Shown here: in pieces, positions 17,585 through 25,843 of the stretch
Layout: the number at the start of each line of letters is the position of its first letter
Numbering within the stretch: position 1 is the stretch's first letter
DNA from: Chitinophagaceae bacterium
Lineage (GTDB): Bacteria > Bacteroidota > Bacteroidia > Chitinophagales > Chitinophagaceae
Length of the DNA stretch: 32,000 nt
Direction of reading: 5' to 3'
Assembly: GCA_044227095.1 (NCBI GenBank)
Contig: JBGAFV010000001.1
Coordinates: forward strand, 3,236,296 to 3,268,295
Position numbers and translations under genes: made by a program
The notes under the pieces: generated by a model
Told to the model about the DNA's origin: nothing
Database searches by the model: none
What the model saw: the letters and a program-made list of their open reading frames with translations, nothing else

Positions 17585-19357
17585 ATGCGGCAATTCTTTA
17601 AAATGTTTTTTGCATCACTGCTTGCAATATTCGTGGTGTCATTTATAGGGCTTCTTCTTATCATTGGCTGGATAGCTGCTATTTCCAACAGCCTGTCTTC
17701 AGATAAACCTGTTGTTGCTGCCAAAAGTGTTTTGTATATAGATCTGGGACAATCTATCAACGAGCAGGCTAAAGACAATCCATTGTCAGGATTCAATGGT
17801 AACGATCAGTTTGATTCACCTGGCTTGTTTGATATGGTAAGACTGATTAAATATGCAAAAGCAGATACAACAATAAAAGGTATTTATATTAAATGCGCAG
17901 ACAATGCAAACGGATTTGCTACATCTGATGAACTGCGCAATGCATTGCTTGATTTTAAAACCAGCCATAAGTTCATTTACGCCTATGCAGATGTTATTTC
18001 GCAAAGGGCTTATTATGTAGCAAATGTTGCGGATAAAATATACTGTAATCCTAAAGGTGGATTAGAATGGAAAGGCTTTGCATTGCAATATATGTTTTTT
18101 AAGCAGGCACTGGATAAACTTGGTATTGAACCACAGATTTTTTACGCAGGTAAGTTTAAAAGCGCAACAGAGCCATTCAGGACAGATAAAATGACCGATG
18201 CCAATAAACTTCAGTCTTCTGTTTTCCTCAATGATTTGTACAATCGTTTTTTAATTGAAACTTCCGAAGCAAGAAATATTGATACCGCTTTGTTGCACCA
18301 GTATGCAAATACAATGGCCATTCAAACAACAGATGATGCGGTAAAATATAAATTGATTGATGGCGCCATGTACGATGATGAAGTAAAAGATGCGCTGAAA
18401 GAAAAACTTGGACTTGGAAAAGAGAGCATCAGCAAAATCAATTTTATTGAAGCAGGCAAATACGCAAAAGCGGTTAGCTATAAAAACAGTTCGGGTACAG
18501 ATAAGATTGCATTAATTTTTGCGCAGGGAGATATTGTAGATGGCAAAGGCGATAAAGGACAGATTGGAGGAGACACTTACCGCACACTTATCCGCAATGC
18601 AAGAATGGATGAATCAATAAAAGCAATTGTGGTGAGGGTAAACAGTGGTGGTGGCAGCGCTATGGCCAGCGAAAATATGTGGCGTGAGCTGGAACTGGCA
18701 AAAAAACAAAAACCTGTTGTATTAAGTTTTGGTGATTATGCTGCGTCTGGCGGATACTATATGTCTTGCGGAGCTGACAGCATTTTTACACAAGCCAATA
18801 CGCTTACAGGTTCAATTGGTGTATTTAGTATTGTGCCCAACCTTCAAAAACTTTTCAATGATAAGCTAGGTATTACTTTTGATGGCGTTAAAACAAGTCA
18901 GTATGCTGATGCGCCAACGGCCAGCCGTCCACTAAGCGATGCGGAGAAAAAATTTTTACAAAATGATGTAGATAGTATCTACAATACTTTCTTACACCGC
19001 GTTTCTGCAGGAAGAAAAATTAATGTAGCGCTGGTAGACAGTATCGGACAGGGAAGGGTTTGGACAGGTACAAAAGGAATTGATATTGGCCTTGCCGATA
19101 AAATTGGCGGCCTGCAGGATGCGATTGATTGTGCAGCAAGAATGGCTAAAACTTCATCGTACAAAATAAAAGAATACCCCGAACCATTAAGCTGGTTGGA
19201 AACACTCTTTGGGGGCTACAAAAAAAGCCTGCAATCAAAAGCAATGAAAGAAGAACTGGGAGAGGAGGGAGCAAACATTTTCAATTCTATTAAGCGTATA
19301 AAGCAGTCGGTTGGCAGTGCACAGGCACGGTTACCATTTGATGTAGATATTCATTAG
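17585..19357 (+). CDS. sppA: Signal peptide peptidase SppA, 67K type
   Basis: 590 aa with an N-terminal TM anchor and two S49 peptidase repeats. Motifs include VRVNSGGGSAMASE and GDYAASGGYYMSC. Confidence 0.9.
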   Translation: MRQFFKMFFASLLAIFVVSFIGLLLIIGWIAAISNSLSSDKPVVAAKSVLYIDLGQSINEQAKDNPLSGFNGNDQFDSPGLFDMVRLIKYAKADTTIKGIYIKCADNANGFATSDELRNALLDFKTSHKFIYAYADVISQRAYYVANVADKIYCNPKGGLEWKGFALQYMFFKQALDKLGIEPQIFYAGKFKSATEPFRTDKMTDANKLQSSVFLNDLYNRFLIETSEARNIDTALLHQYANTMAIQTTDDAVKYKLIDGAMYDDEVKDALKEKLGLGKESISKINFIEAGKYAKAVSYKNSSGTDKIALIFAQGDIVDGKGDKGQIGGDTYRTLIRNARMDESIKAIVVRVNSGGGSAMASENMWRELELAKKQKPVVLSFGDYAASGGYYMSCGADSIFTQANTLTGSIGVFSIVPNLQKLFNDKLGITFDGVKTSQYADAPTASRPLSDAEKKFLQNDVDSIYNTFLHRVSAGRKINVALVDSIGQGRVWTGTKGIDIGLADKIGGLQDAIDCAARMAKTSSYKIKEYPEPLSWLETLFGGYKKSLQSKAMKEELGEEGANIFNSIKRIKQSVGSAQARLPFDVDIH

Positions 19358-19410
19358 TCCGAAGTCATTAGTCGGTAGTCAATACTTGTTGCGCAGTTAA
19401 CAAATGATTT

Positions 19411-19440
19411 TTGCTGCAAAAATTTTTATAAGATAGTTTT
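19411..19440 (+). promoter_or_regulatory. Candidate Bacteroidota-type promoter (-33 TTG, -7 TAGTTTTG) for the ABC-2 permease gene
   Basis: TTG (19411..19413)-N19-TAGTTTTG (19433..19440). The -7 box ends 20 nt upstream of the ATG at 19461. Confidence 0.35.
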
Positions 19441-19460
19441 GTTCGAAATAACAAACCTGC

Positions 19461-20558
19461 ATGGATAAGCCGTATAATCAATGGAAAGGAATGCTGGCAA
19501 TAACAAGGGCGTCTTTAAAGGCAACCTTCAGAAGCCCGCAGGCAGTATTTTTCAGTTTATTTTTCCCTGTTGTATTAATAGTAATTTTTGGTGCATTAAG
19601 CGGGGGTAGCGGCATTTCGTTTGACGTTGCATTTGATCGTAATGCTGATACGACAAATTTTGTTTATAAAGCTATTAACGGCAACAATGCATTTACAGTA
19701 AAAAAAGGTACAGAGGCCGACCTGGAGGATAGGTTGAAAAAAGGCAGGATTACGGCCATCATCAACATCAAAAAAAGTACTGACGCAAAATCTGGTTACG
19801 AAATTCATTTGAAAAGTACTACCGCCAGCATGCGTGACCTGCCAGTGTTGAAGACTGTATTGAACCAGATGATCACCCAAATTAACAACAGGAACCAGCA
19901 GGAAACTTATACCTACGCAAAAGTTACAGAAGATGTAGAAACTGTACGCTCGTATAAAGCCATTGATTTTTATTTGCCAGGTATGCTTGGGTTTTCATTG
20001 ATAGGTGCATCTGTTTTTGGTGTAGCGTTTGTTTTCTTTTCGCTTCGCGAAACACTTGTACTTAAACGCATGTATGCTACACCTATCCGCCGGGGGTATA
20101 TTGTATTGGGAGAAGGGATAGGCCGTATTGTTTTTCAGTTAACAACTGCTGTTGTACTCATTTTATTTGGCAAATATTTCTATGGGTTTACGCTTGCAAA
20201 CGGGTGGGTAACTTTTTTTGAATTGATGCTACTGAGTTTTCTCGGTCTTGTTGTATTTATGGGTTTTGGCTTTATTATAAGCAGTATTGCAAAAAACCAG
20301 AACGTTATTCCCATCTATGCCAACCTGTTTATGTTTCCGCAGTATTTTTTATCGGGCACATTTTTTTCACGGAATGCATTGCCGCAGGGTATACAGCCAA
20401 TATTAAAATATCTTCCGCTTACTGCACTGAATGATTCAATGAGAAAAGTATCTTTTGAAGGCATGCATGTGTGGCAAACGCCTTCCGAAGTATTTATACT
20501 TCTTGGATGGTGCATTGTTATATACACAATAGCGATAAAAGTTTTTAAATGGGATTAG
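19461..20558 (+). CDS. ABC-2 type transporter permease
   Basis: 365 aa. One N-terminal TM helix and a ~120-aa extracytoplasmic loop are followed by five clustered C-terminal TM helices, the typical ABC2_membrane topology. Confidence 0.7.
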   Translation: MDKPYNQWKGMLAITRASLKATFRSPQAVFFSLFFPVVLIVIFGALSGGSGISFDVAFDRNADTTNFVYKAINGNNAFTVKKGTEADLEDRLKKGRITAIINIKKSTDAKSGYEIHLKSTTASMRDLPVLKTVLNQMITQINNRNQQETYTYAKVTEDVETVRSYKAIDFYLPGMLGFSLIGASVFGVAFVFFSLRETLVLKRMYATPIRRGYIVLGEGIGRIVFQLTTAVVLILFGKYFYGFTLANGWVTFFELMLLSFLGLVVFMGFGFIISSIAKNQNVIPIYANLFMFPQYFLSGTFFSRNALPQGIQPILKYLPLTALNDSMRKVSFEGMHVWQTPSEVFILLGWCIVIYTIAIKVFKWD

Positions 20559-20586
20559 TGCTGTTTTTGGTTACTAAAAAAATAAT

Positions 20587-21084
20587 ATGCGGTTTATAAA
20601 ACTTGCCCTCATCAGTGCAGTAATTTTATTTGGCATCATCTGGCTTATTTCTTTGCTGCTGCCTTCGCATGTTCGCATATCGAGGGCAGTTGATATTAAT
20701 GCGCCGGTGGAAAAGATCCGTCCTATGCTGGCGGATATACAACAGTGGGAAAAATGGAATGACTATATTAAAGTGTACCACAACAAGATTGCTGAAACTG
20801 ATATGCTGAAGGCAGACGAGATTGCTATTTTTATTACAGCTAAAACAGATACACTGGTAACAGCAGACTGGCAACAACCTTCCGGCAATAAATTTGGCAG
20901 TGGTTTTGCAATAATCAGTAATGGCAACCAAAAGGGGCATACCACCGTACAATGGTATTTTGATTTTCATGTGAAGTGGTATCCCTGGGAAAAATTTCAA
21001 AGCATTGTATATGATCAGCAATTAGGACCGATCATGGAAAAATCACTGGCTGAGTTAAAGAAAGATGCCGAAACCGCGAACTAA
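20587..21084 (+). CDS. SRPBCC (START/polyketide cyclase-like) family protein with N-terminal membrane anchor
   Basis: 165 aa. A TM anchor is followed by ISRAVDINAPVEKIRPMLADIQQWEKWN, the usual opening of SRPBCC-fold proteins. Confidence 0.55.
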   Translation: MRFIKLALISAVILFGIIWLISLLLPSHVRISRAVDINAPVEKIRPMLADIQQWEKWNDYIKVYHNKIAETDMLKADEIAIFITAKTDTLVTADWQQPSGNKFGSGFAIISNGNQKGHTTVQWYFDFHVKWYPWEKFQSIVYDQQLGPIMEKSLAELKKDAETAN

Positions 21085-21160
21085 TTTTAGGTTCAACCGT
21101 AGAGTAAAAGCCGTTCAGGATATTTTAAAACGTATTTTTTAAAATCAAACAATAAAAACC

Positions 21161-21670
21161 ATGAAATCGTTTTTGATTGCAGCCGCAATAAGCCTGGTTT
21201 CTTTAAGTGCCGGTGCACAGAAAGTAAATACGCAGAGCCCGATTGCTGAAGTAAAAGGGTCTACTGCCAGTGGTACTACTATTTATGTTAGGTACAACCA
21301 ACCTTCAGTAAGAGGGCGTACAATTGGAAAAGATCTTGAACCATTGCCTGGAAAAGTATGGCGCACAGGTGCAGACTCTGCCACTGTTTTTGAAGTAAAC
21401 AAAGATGTGAAAGTGGAAGGAAAAACGCTTAAAGCCGGACGCTATGCGCTTTTTACCATTGCCAACGGTGATGACTGGACGATTATTTTCAATACTGATG
21501 TTCATAAGTGGGGAGCGTTTAGCTACAAAGAATCTGCAGATGTACTTAGGGTAAATGTAAAAGCAGGAAAGGCCACTCCTTTTGCTGAGAAGTTTACCAT
21601 TACTATTTCCAAAGCCGGCAAAGTAGATTTGCTTTGGGGCAACAGCGATGTAAGTTTTAAAGTAGAGTAA
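21161..21670 (+). CDS. DUF2911 domain-containing secreted protein
   Basis: Signal peptide is ...SLSAGA-QK. The block VWRTGADSATVFEVNKDVKVEGKTLKAGRYALFTI...WTIIFN matches my recollection of the DUF2911 family. Confidence 0.7.
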   Translation: MKSFLIAAAISLVSLSAGAQKVNTQSPIAEVKGSTASGTTIYVRYNQPSVRGRTIGKDLEPLPGKVWRTGADSATVFEVNKDVKVEGKTLKAGRYALFTIANGDDWTIIFNTDVHKWGAFSYKESADVLRVNVKAGKATPFAEKFTITISKAGKVDLLWGNSDVSFKVE

Positions 21671-21691
21671 GGGTTACTCAAATAATATTGT

Positions 21692-21715
21692 AAAACGCAC
21701 CATCCGGTGCGTTTT
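21692..21715 (+). terminator. Intrinsic terminator
   Basis: AAAACGCACC-atcc-GGTGCGTTTT followed by TATTTT, located 21 nt after the stop codon. Confidence 0.7.
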
Positions 21716-21734
21716 TATTTTATACTAATGCTTC

Positions 21735-21816
21735 ACCACATAGGCTCAATAGAAACAATAGAAGCACAATAGATTTGATGCTTATGTGAACCTATGTTTC
21801 TATGATTCTATGTGGT
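21735..21816. repeat. Long imperfect palindrome built from CATAG/CTATG-type subrepeats
   Basis: The left arm ACCACATAGGCTCAATAGAAACAATAGAAGC faces the right arm ...CCTATGTTTCTATGATTCTATGTGGT. The terminal 9 bp ACCACATAG/CTATGTGGT are perfectly complementary. Confidence 0.45.
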
Positions 21817-21945
21817 TAAAAAATCTGGCCCTGTAATAATTCTGGGTACTCAAACTACACGGGATGCTTGCCGCATGACAGTGAAGTGGCTTATTGCTTG
21901 CTAACTTTCATTGTCAATAAGAATCTGCGCATCTGCGGCTTATGA

Positions 21946-23250
21946 TCAAACCTCAGCAATAACCTCAATGATTGTGGCGTAAGTTTTTTGAAGTTCTTCT
22001 TTTGTAATGCAATAAGGAGGCATAATATATACTGTATTGCCAAGTGGCCGTATATAAACACCTTTTTGTAAAGCATTTTTTGTAATGGTTGCAGCAATAT
22101 TATTGAGGTAGCCATCTTTCCCCTGTTCAATTTCAAATGCAATGATGGTGCCTAGCTGCCGGATGTTTTTTATAGGGAGATTGTTTTCTTTTTTAAGCTG
22201 ATTAACAAATGAAGTGTTTAATGCAACAATTTGCTGAATACTTTCAATGCAGGTTTCTTTCTCAATAAGATCCATGCTTGCAAGTGCGGCGGTGCATGCC
22301 AGTGGATTAGCAGTAAATGAATGGCCGTGAAAAAATGTTTTTAATTTGTCTTCGCTGGTAAAAGCATCCACAATATGTTGTGCAGCCGCAGTTACGCCAA
22401 GCGCCATGGTTCCTCCCGTAAGTCCTTTGGACAAACAAATAATATCTGGTTTCTCATTGCAATACCCGCATGCAAAAAGTTTTCCTGTTCTGCCAAAGCC
22501 AGTCATTACCTCGTCTGCAATACAAACTATGTTATGTTCTTTTACTTTGTGCAATAGTTCATCCATTAGCCCTGCTTCATACATTTTCATACCGCCTGCT
22601 CCTTGCAGCAGCGGTTCGTAAATAAATGCTGCAATTGAATTGCCTTCTTTTGCAATTAATGCTTTTAGAGTATCTATATTTTCTGTTGATGGGGTATCTA
22701 TAAAAATTACTTCAAACAATTTATCATGAAATGCGAGTGTAAAAACGCTTCTGTCGCTCATGCTCATAGCGCCAAATGTATCTCCATGATAGCTGTTATT
22801 GAAAGCAAGCACTTTTTTCCTTGAATTTTCTTTGCTCTTTGCTAGCGACTCATTGTTAGCAGCTTCTTTATTCCACCAATATTGCAAAGCCATTTTAATA
22901 GCCACTTCTGTTGCAGTAGAGCCATTATCAGAATAAAATATTTTTGAAAACTGCCCCGGTAGTTTTGGCAGAAGGCGTTCAGCAAGTTCAATAGCAGGTT
23001 TGTGTGTAAAGCCGGCAAAGATTACCTGTTCAAGAGTTTTGGCTTGTTCGTAAATTTTTTCAGCAATATATGGGTGCGCATGTCCGTGAATGGTTACCCA
23101 CCAACTGCTAATAGCATCAATATAATGGTTGCCGTGTTCATCAATTAAATAAACACCTTCTGCTTTAATAACAGGTATTGGATCGGTAGCATTTTTTAAT
23201 GAAGTAAAAGGGTGCCAGATAACGGCTTTATCGCGTTGCTGTAAGTTCAT
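21946..23250 (-). CDS. bioA: Adenosylmethionine-8-amino-7-oxononanoate aminotransferase
   Basis: MNLQQRDKAVIWHPFT..., SSWWVxxHGH, ADEVMTGFGRTGKLFA and the PLP-Lys region CLSKGLTGG are diagnostic of BioA. ATG 23250 is preferred over the TTG at 23256. Confidence 0.92.
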   Translation of the reverse strand: MNLQQRDKAVIWHPFTSLKNATDPIPVIKAEGVYLIDEHGNHYIDAISSWWVTIHGHAHPYIAEKIYEQAKTLEQVIFAGFTHKPAIELAERLLPKLPGQFSKIFYSDNGSTATEVAIKMALQYWWNKEAANNESLAKSKENSRKKVLAFNNSYHGDTFGAMSMSDRSVFTLAFHDKLFEVIFIDTPSTENIDTLKALIAKEGNSIAAFIYEPLLQGAGGMKMYEAGLMDELLHKVKEHNIVCIADEVMTGFGRTGKLFACGYCNEKPDIICLSKGLTGGTMALGVTAAAQHIVDAFTSEDKLKTFFHGHSFTANPLACTAALASMDLIEKETCIESIQQIVALNTSFVNQLKKENNLPIKNIRQLGTIIAFEIEQGKDGYLNNIAATITKNALQKGVYIRPLGNTVYIMPPYCITKEELQKTYATIIEVIAEV

Positions 23251-23279
23251 GCGCAAATGTAGTTTTTATAGTCTTTAGT

Positions 23280-23572
23280 TAGCACCGGGCCACACCAGTG
23301 CTTAATTATGCATCGCTCTTTCAGAGTTATGTGAAAAAAATGGCAGAGCCCTGAAAGGGCGATGTATAAAAGCGAATGGCGCAGATCTTCGCAAAAAAAT
23401 AAAACTTTCGCACAACACTTTGCATTGTAGCACTGGGCTATACCCAGTGCTGAACTATACACCGATCTTTCAGAGCTATACGGTAATAAAAAAATGGCAG
23501 AGCCCTGGAAGGGCGATGTATAAAAGCGAATGGTGCAGCCCTTCGCAAAAAAGAACCTTTCGCAAAATTGCC
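23280..23572 (+). repeat. Two tandem diverged copies of the same ~148-nt multi-hairpin repeat family
   Basis: Units start at 23280 (TAGCACCGGGCC..., degenerate head hairpin) and 23427 (GTAGCACTGGGCTATACCCAGTGCT), a period of 147. They share the CTCTTTCAGAG, GCCCTGAAAGGGCGATGTATAAAAGCGAATGG and CTTCGCAAAAAA blocks with the 11.6-kb array, in the same orientation. Confidence 0.88.
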
Positions 23573-23723
23573 GCTCAATGTTATACTGTACAAGTGTGCG
23601 ACGCAACGATATTGCCATGAAAACCAATGCTTGGCTCCCCCAAAAGACATTTAATAGCAGGTTGATAATAATCTTAAGCTGGTGCAACGCTTAAACTATA
23701 TTGTTTGTCAAAGTGCAGAACGG

Positions 23724-24287
23724 ATGACAGACAACAACAAATTAATCAGGGATTGCCTGCGTGGTGAGCCTGCTGCCCAGCGTATGCTGTATGAGCAGTA
23801 TGCCTCTTCCATGCTAGGTGTCTGTTACCGTTATACAAAGAGCATGAACGATGCTGAAGACGTATTACAGGAAGCGTTTGTAAAAGTTTTCAGGCATTTG
23901 CACCAGTTTGAAGGAAAGGGCGAACTGGGTGCATGGATAAGAAGAATTATGGTGACTACTGCTATTAATTACCTGAAACGCCATAGCCGCTACCAGGCTG
24001 ATTTGTCGTTTAACAATATTGAACTTCACCCGGTGTCTGCAGATAATCCAGTTGTTACAGCAGATGCAAAAGATTTGGCTGATTTAATACGGCAATTGCC
24101 ACCCGGTTATCAGGCTATCTTCAACTTGCATGCGGTAGAAGGGTATACACACGTTGAAATTGGAAAGATCCTGGGAATTAATGAAGGCACATCCCGATCT
24201 CAATATGCAAGGGCAAGGGCGTTGTTGATTAGCTGGCTGGATAAACAGTCGGGTTCACAAAAAAAAACTAGTTATGCCAGGAAATGA
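23724..24287 (+). CDS. RNA polymerase ECF-type sigma-70 family factor
   Basis: Region 2 is DAEDVLQEAFVKVF...WIRRIMVTTAINYLKR. Region 4 is LPPGYQAIFNLHAVEGYTHVEIGKILGINEGTSRSQYARAR. ATG 23724 is preferred over the GTG extension. Confidence 0.9.
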   Translation: MTDNNKLIRDCLRGEPAAQRMLYEQYASSMLGVCYRYTKSMNDAEDVLQEAFVKVFRHLHQFEGKGELGAWIRRIMVTTAINYLKRHSRYQADLSFNNIELHPVSADNPVVTADAKDLADLIRQLPPGYQAIFNLHAVEGYTHVEIGKILGINEGTSRSQYARARALLISWLDKQSGSQKKTSYARK

Positions 24288-25791
24288 TTTTGAAAAACAG
24301 GTGCAGCAAAAGATGGACGAATTGAATTTCGTTCCATCGGAAGCCGTATGGCCTGAAGTGGAAAAACAAATTGCTGAACGCAAAAAGCGCAGGGTTATAT
24401 TTATCTGGCTACCTATGTTGCTTTTATTATTAGGTGGCAGCGCCTTATTCTATTTCTCCGGAAGGAAGAACACCCAAACAACAAAAGAAGAGATCAATTC
24501 AAAATCAATTGCTTCACAAAAAAATAATCAAAAAGAAAAAGATAACAGCAATTCATCAGTAAAACAACCACAAACAGCTCAAGTCATTTCAAAAGACAGT
24601 ATTGCCAACCTGCATACTGCTGTATCTGCAGAAGTAAACAAACAACAGGAAAGTGAAACAGCCAATAACAATACGGCAGGTAAAACAAAAGAAAAGGTTG
24701 AGCACAGGATTAAATTGAATCATGCAGCAGGTAAAGTGTATGTAGCAACTGGTATTGATAAGAATAATATTGTTGCCAGCAAATCGTATTCTGAAAAAAA
24801 GGAAAACAAGAATAAAGTCATTAAAGTAAGGAGTGAAGAACCTGGTGCCGATGAATTGGCAATTGCTGCAAAAGAACCAGTTTTAAAAAATAAGGTTGAT
24901 GACCATGCAAAAGAAGCTTTAGATAATAATAAGGATATAGCAACCAGTCCTGCACAGAATGTTATTGCAGTGGACAGTTCTTTGGCAACAACTAATACAA
25001 ATATTATTGATAGCACCAATGCTGTGGTTAAAGCGGATAGCAGTAAGGCGGCAACTAAAAACAAAAACACCGCTACTGCAAAAATGAAAATGCAATGGGG
25101 CGTTAATGCAAGATTGGGAGCATCTTCTGTCTCGGATGGTTTTTCAGGATTGTTTGATAAAAGCTTAGTGAATAGCAACCAAAATGCATCAACTACACCT
25201 GGCAATAATAACAATAGTGGCATTTTTAATGGCGGAAGTTTTGCTGCACCTTCTTCACTAAGGTCGGGGTTTTCTTTTGGCCTTGGCGTATTCATCAGCA
25301 AACCGCTGGGCAAAAATTTTAGTTTACAAACAGGGCTGAATTATAATTATTACAGTACACAAATGGATGTTGGTGCGAAAATAGACAGTAACAATACTCC
25401 AATGCTTCAATACCGTACTGGCGCCTCCTCCTCTTATACCAACAAATTTCATTTTATTGAGCTGCCGGTATTAATAGAAAAGCAATTTGGGAAAACAAGT
25501 CGTTTTGCTATTAATGGAGGTTTTTCATTTTCATTGCTTGCCGGCATCAGTGTATTAATGTACGATGCGCAAAAGAGTATTTACATTTCGGATAAAGATT
25601 TGATCAATAAATTTCAGGTCAATTTTATTGCGGGTGCAGGTTATCGGTTGTTTCCAAAGTTATTTCCAATTGAGGTTGGCCCGCAGATTAGTTATGGGCT
25701 AAGCAATATTTTTGATAAAGATTTGTATGGAAGCAAGCATTTATTTTTTGGCGGCATCCGTGCAAAATTATACCTGCATAAAAATAAATAA
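24274..25791 (+). CDS. Membrane-anchored protein with a long low-complexity linker and a C-terminal outer-membrane beta-barrel (PorT/OMP_b-brl_2-like) domain; possible anti-sigma partner
   Basis: The start overlaps the sigma gene stop by 14 nt. A ~40-aa N-terminal segment is followed by a KKRR-anchored TM helix (VIFIWLPMLLLLLGGSALFYF). Next comes ~250 aa of K/N/S/T/A-rich linker, then alternating-hydrophobic beta-strand repeats that end near the C-terminus (GGIRAKLYL). Confidence 0.6.
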   Translation: MPGNDFEKQVQQKMDELNFVPSEAVWPEVEKQIAERKKRRVIFIWLPMLLLLLGGSALFYFSGRKNTQTTKEEINSKSIASQKNNQKEKDNSNSSVKQPQTAQVISKDSIANLHTAVSAEVNKQQESETANNNTAGKTKEKVEHRIKLNHAAGKVYVATGIDKNNIVASKSYSEKKENKNKVIKVRSEEPGADELAIAAKEPVLKNKVDDHAKEALDNNKDIATSPAQNVIAVDSSLATTNTNIIDSTNAVVKADSSKAATKNKNTATAKMKMQWGVNARLGASSVSDGFSGLFDKSLVNSNQNASTTPGNNNNSGIFNGGSFAAPSSLRSGFSFGLGVFISKPLGKNFSLQTGLNYNYYSTQMDVGAKIDSNNTPMLQYRTGASSSYTNKFHFIELPVLIEKQFGKTSRFAINGGFSFSLLAGISVLMYDAQKSIYISDKDLINKFQVNFIAGAGYRLFPKLFPIEVGPQISYGLSNIFDKDLYGSKHLFFGGIRAKLYLHKNK

Positions 25792-25843
25792 TAGTGCAAC
25801 GGTTGTTTTATTACTGCTGTCAGGGTTTGAAACAATGCTTATA

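Noticed and set aside
23247-23687. ORFs 23247..23687 -, 23420..23620 + and 23438..23650 - between bioA and the sigma gene
   Set aside because: They lie on the two diverged 148-nt repeat copies and mutually overlap. They resemble the artefactual peptides from the main array.
24720-25313. 197-aa minus-strand ORF within the sigma-partner gene
   Set aside because: It is the antisense shadow of the low-complexity linker region. The + strand frame is continuous with the TM anchor and the beta-barrel domain.
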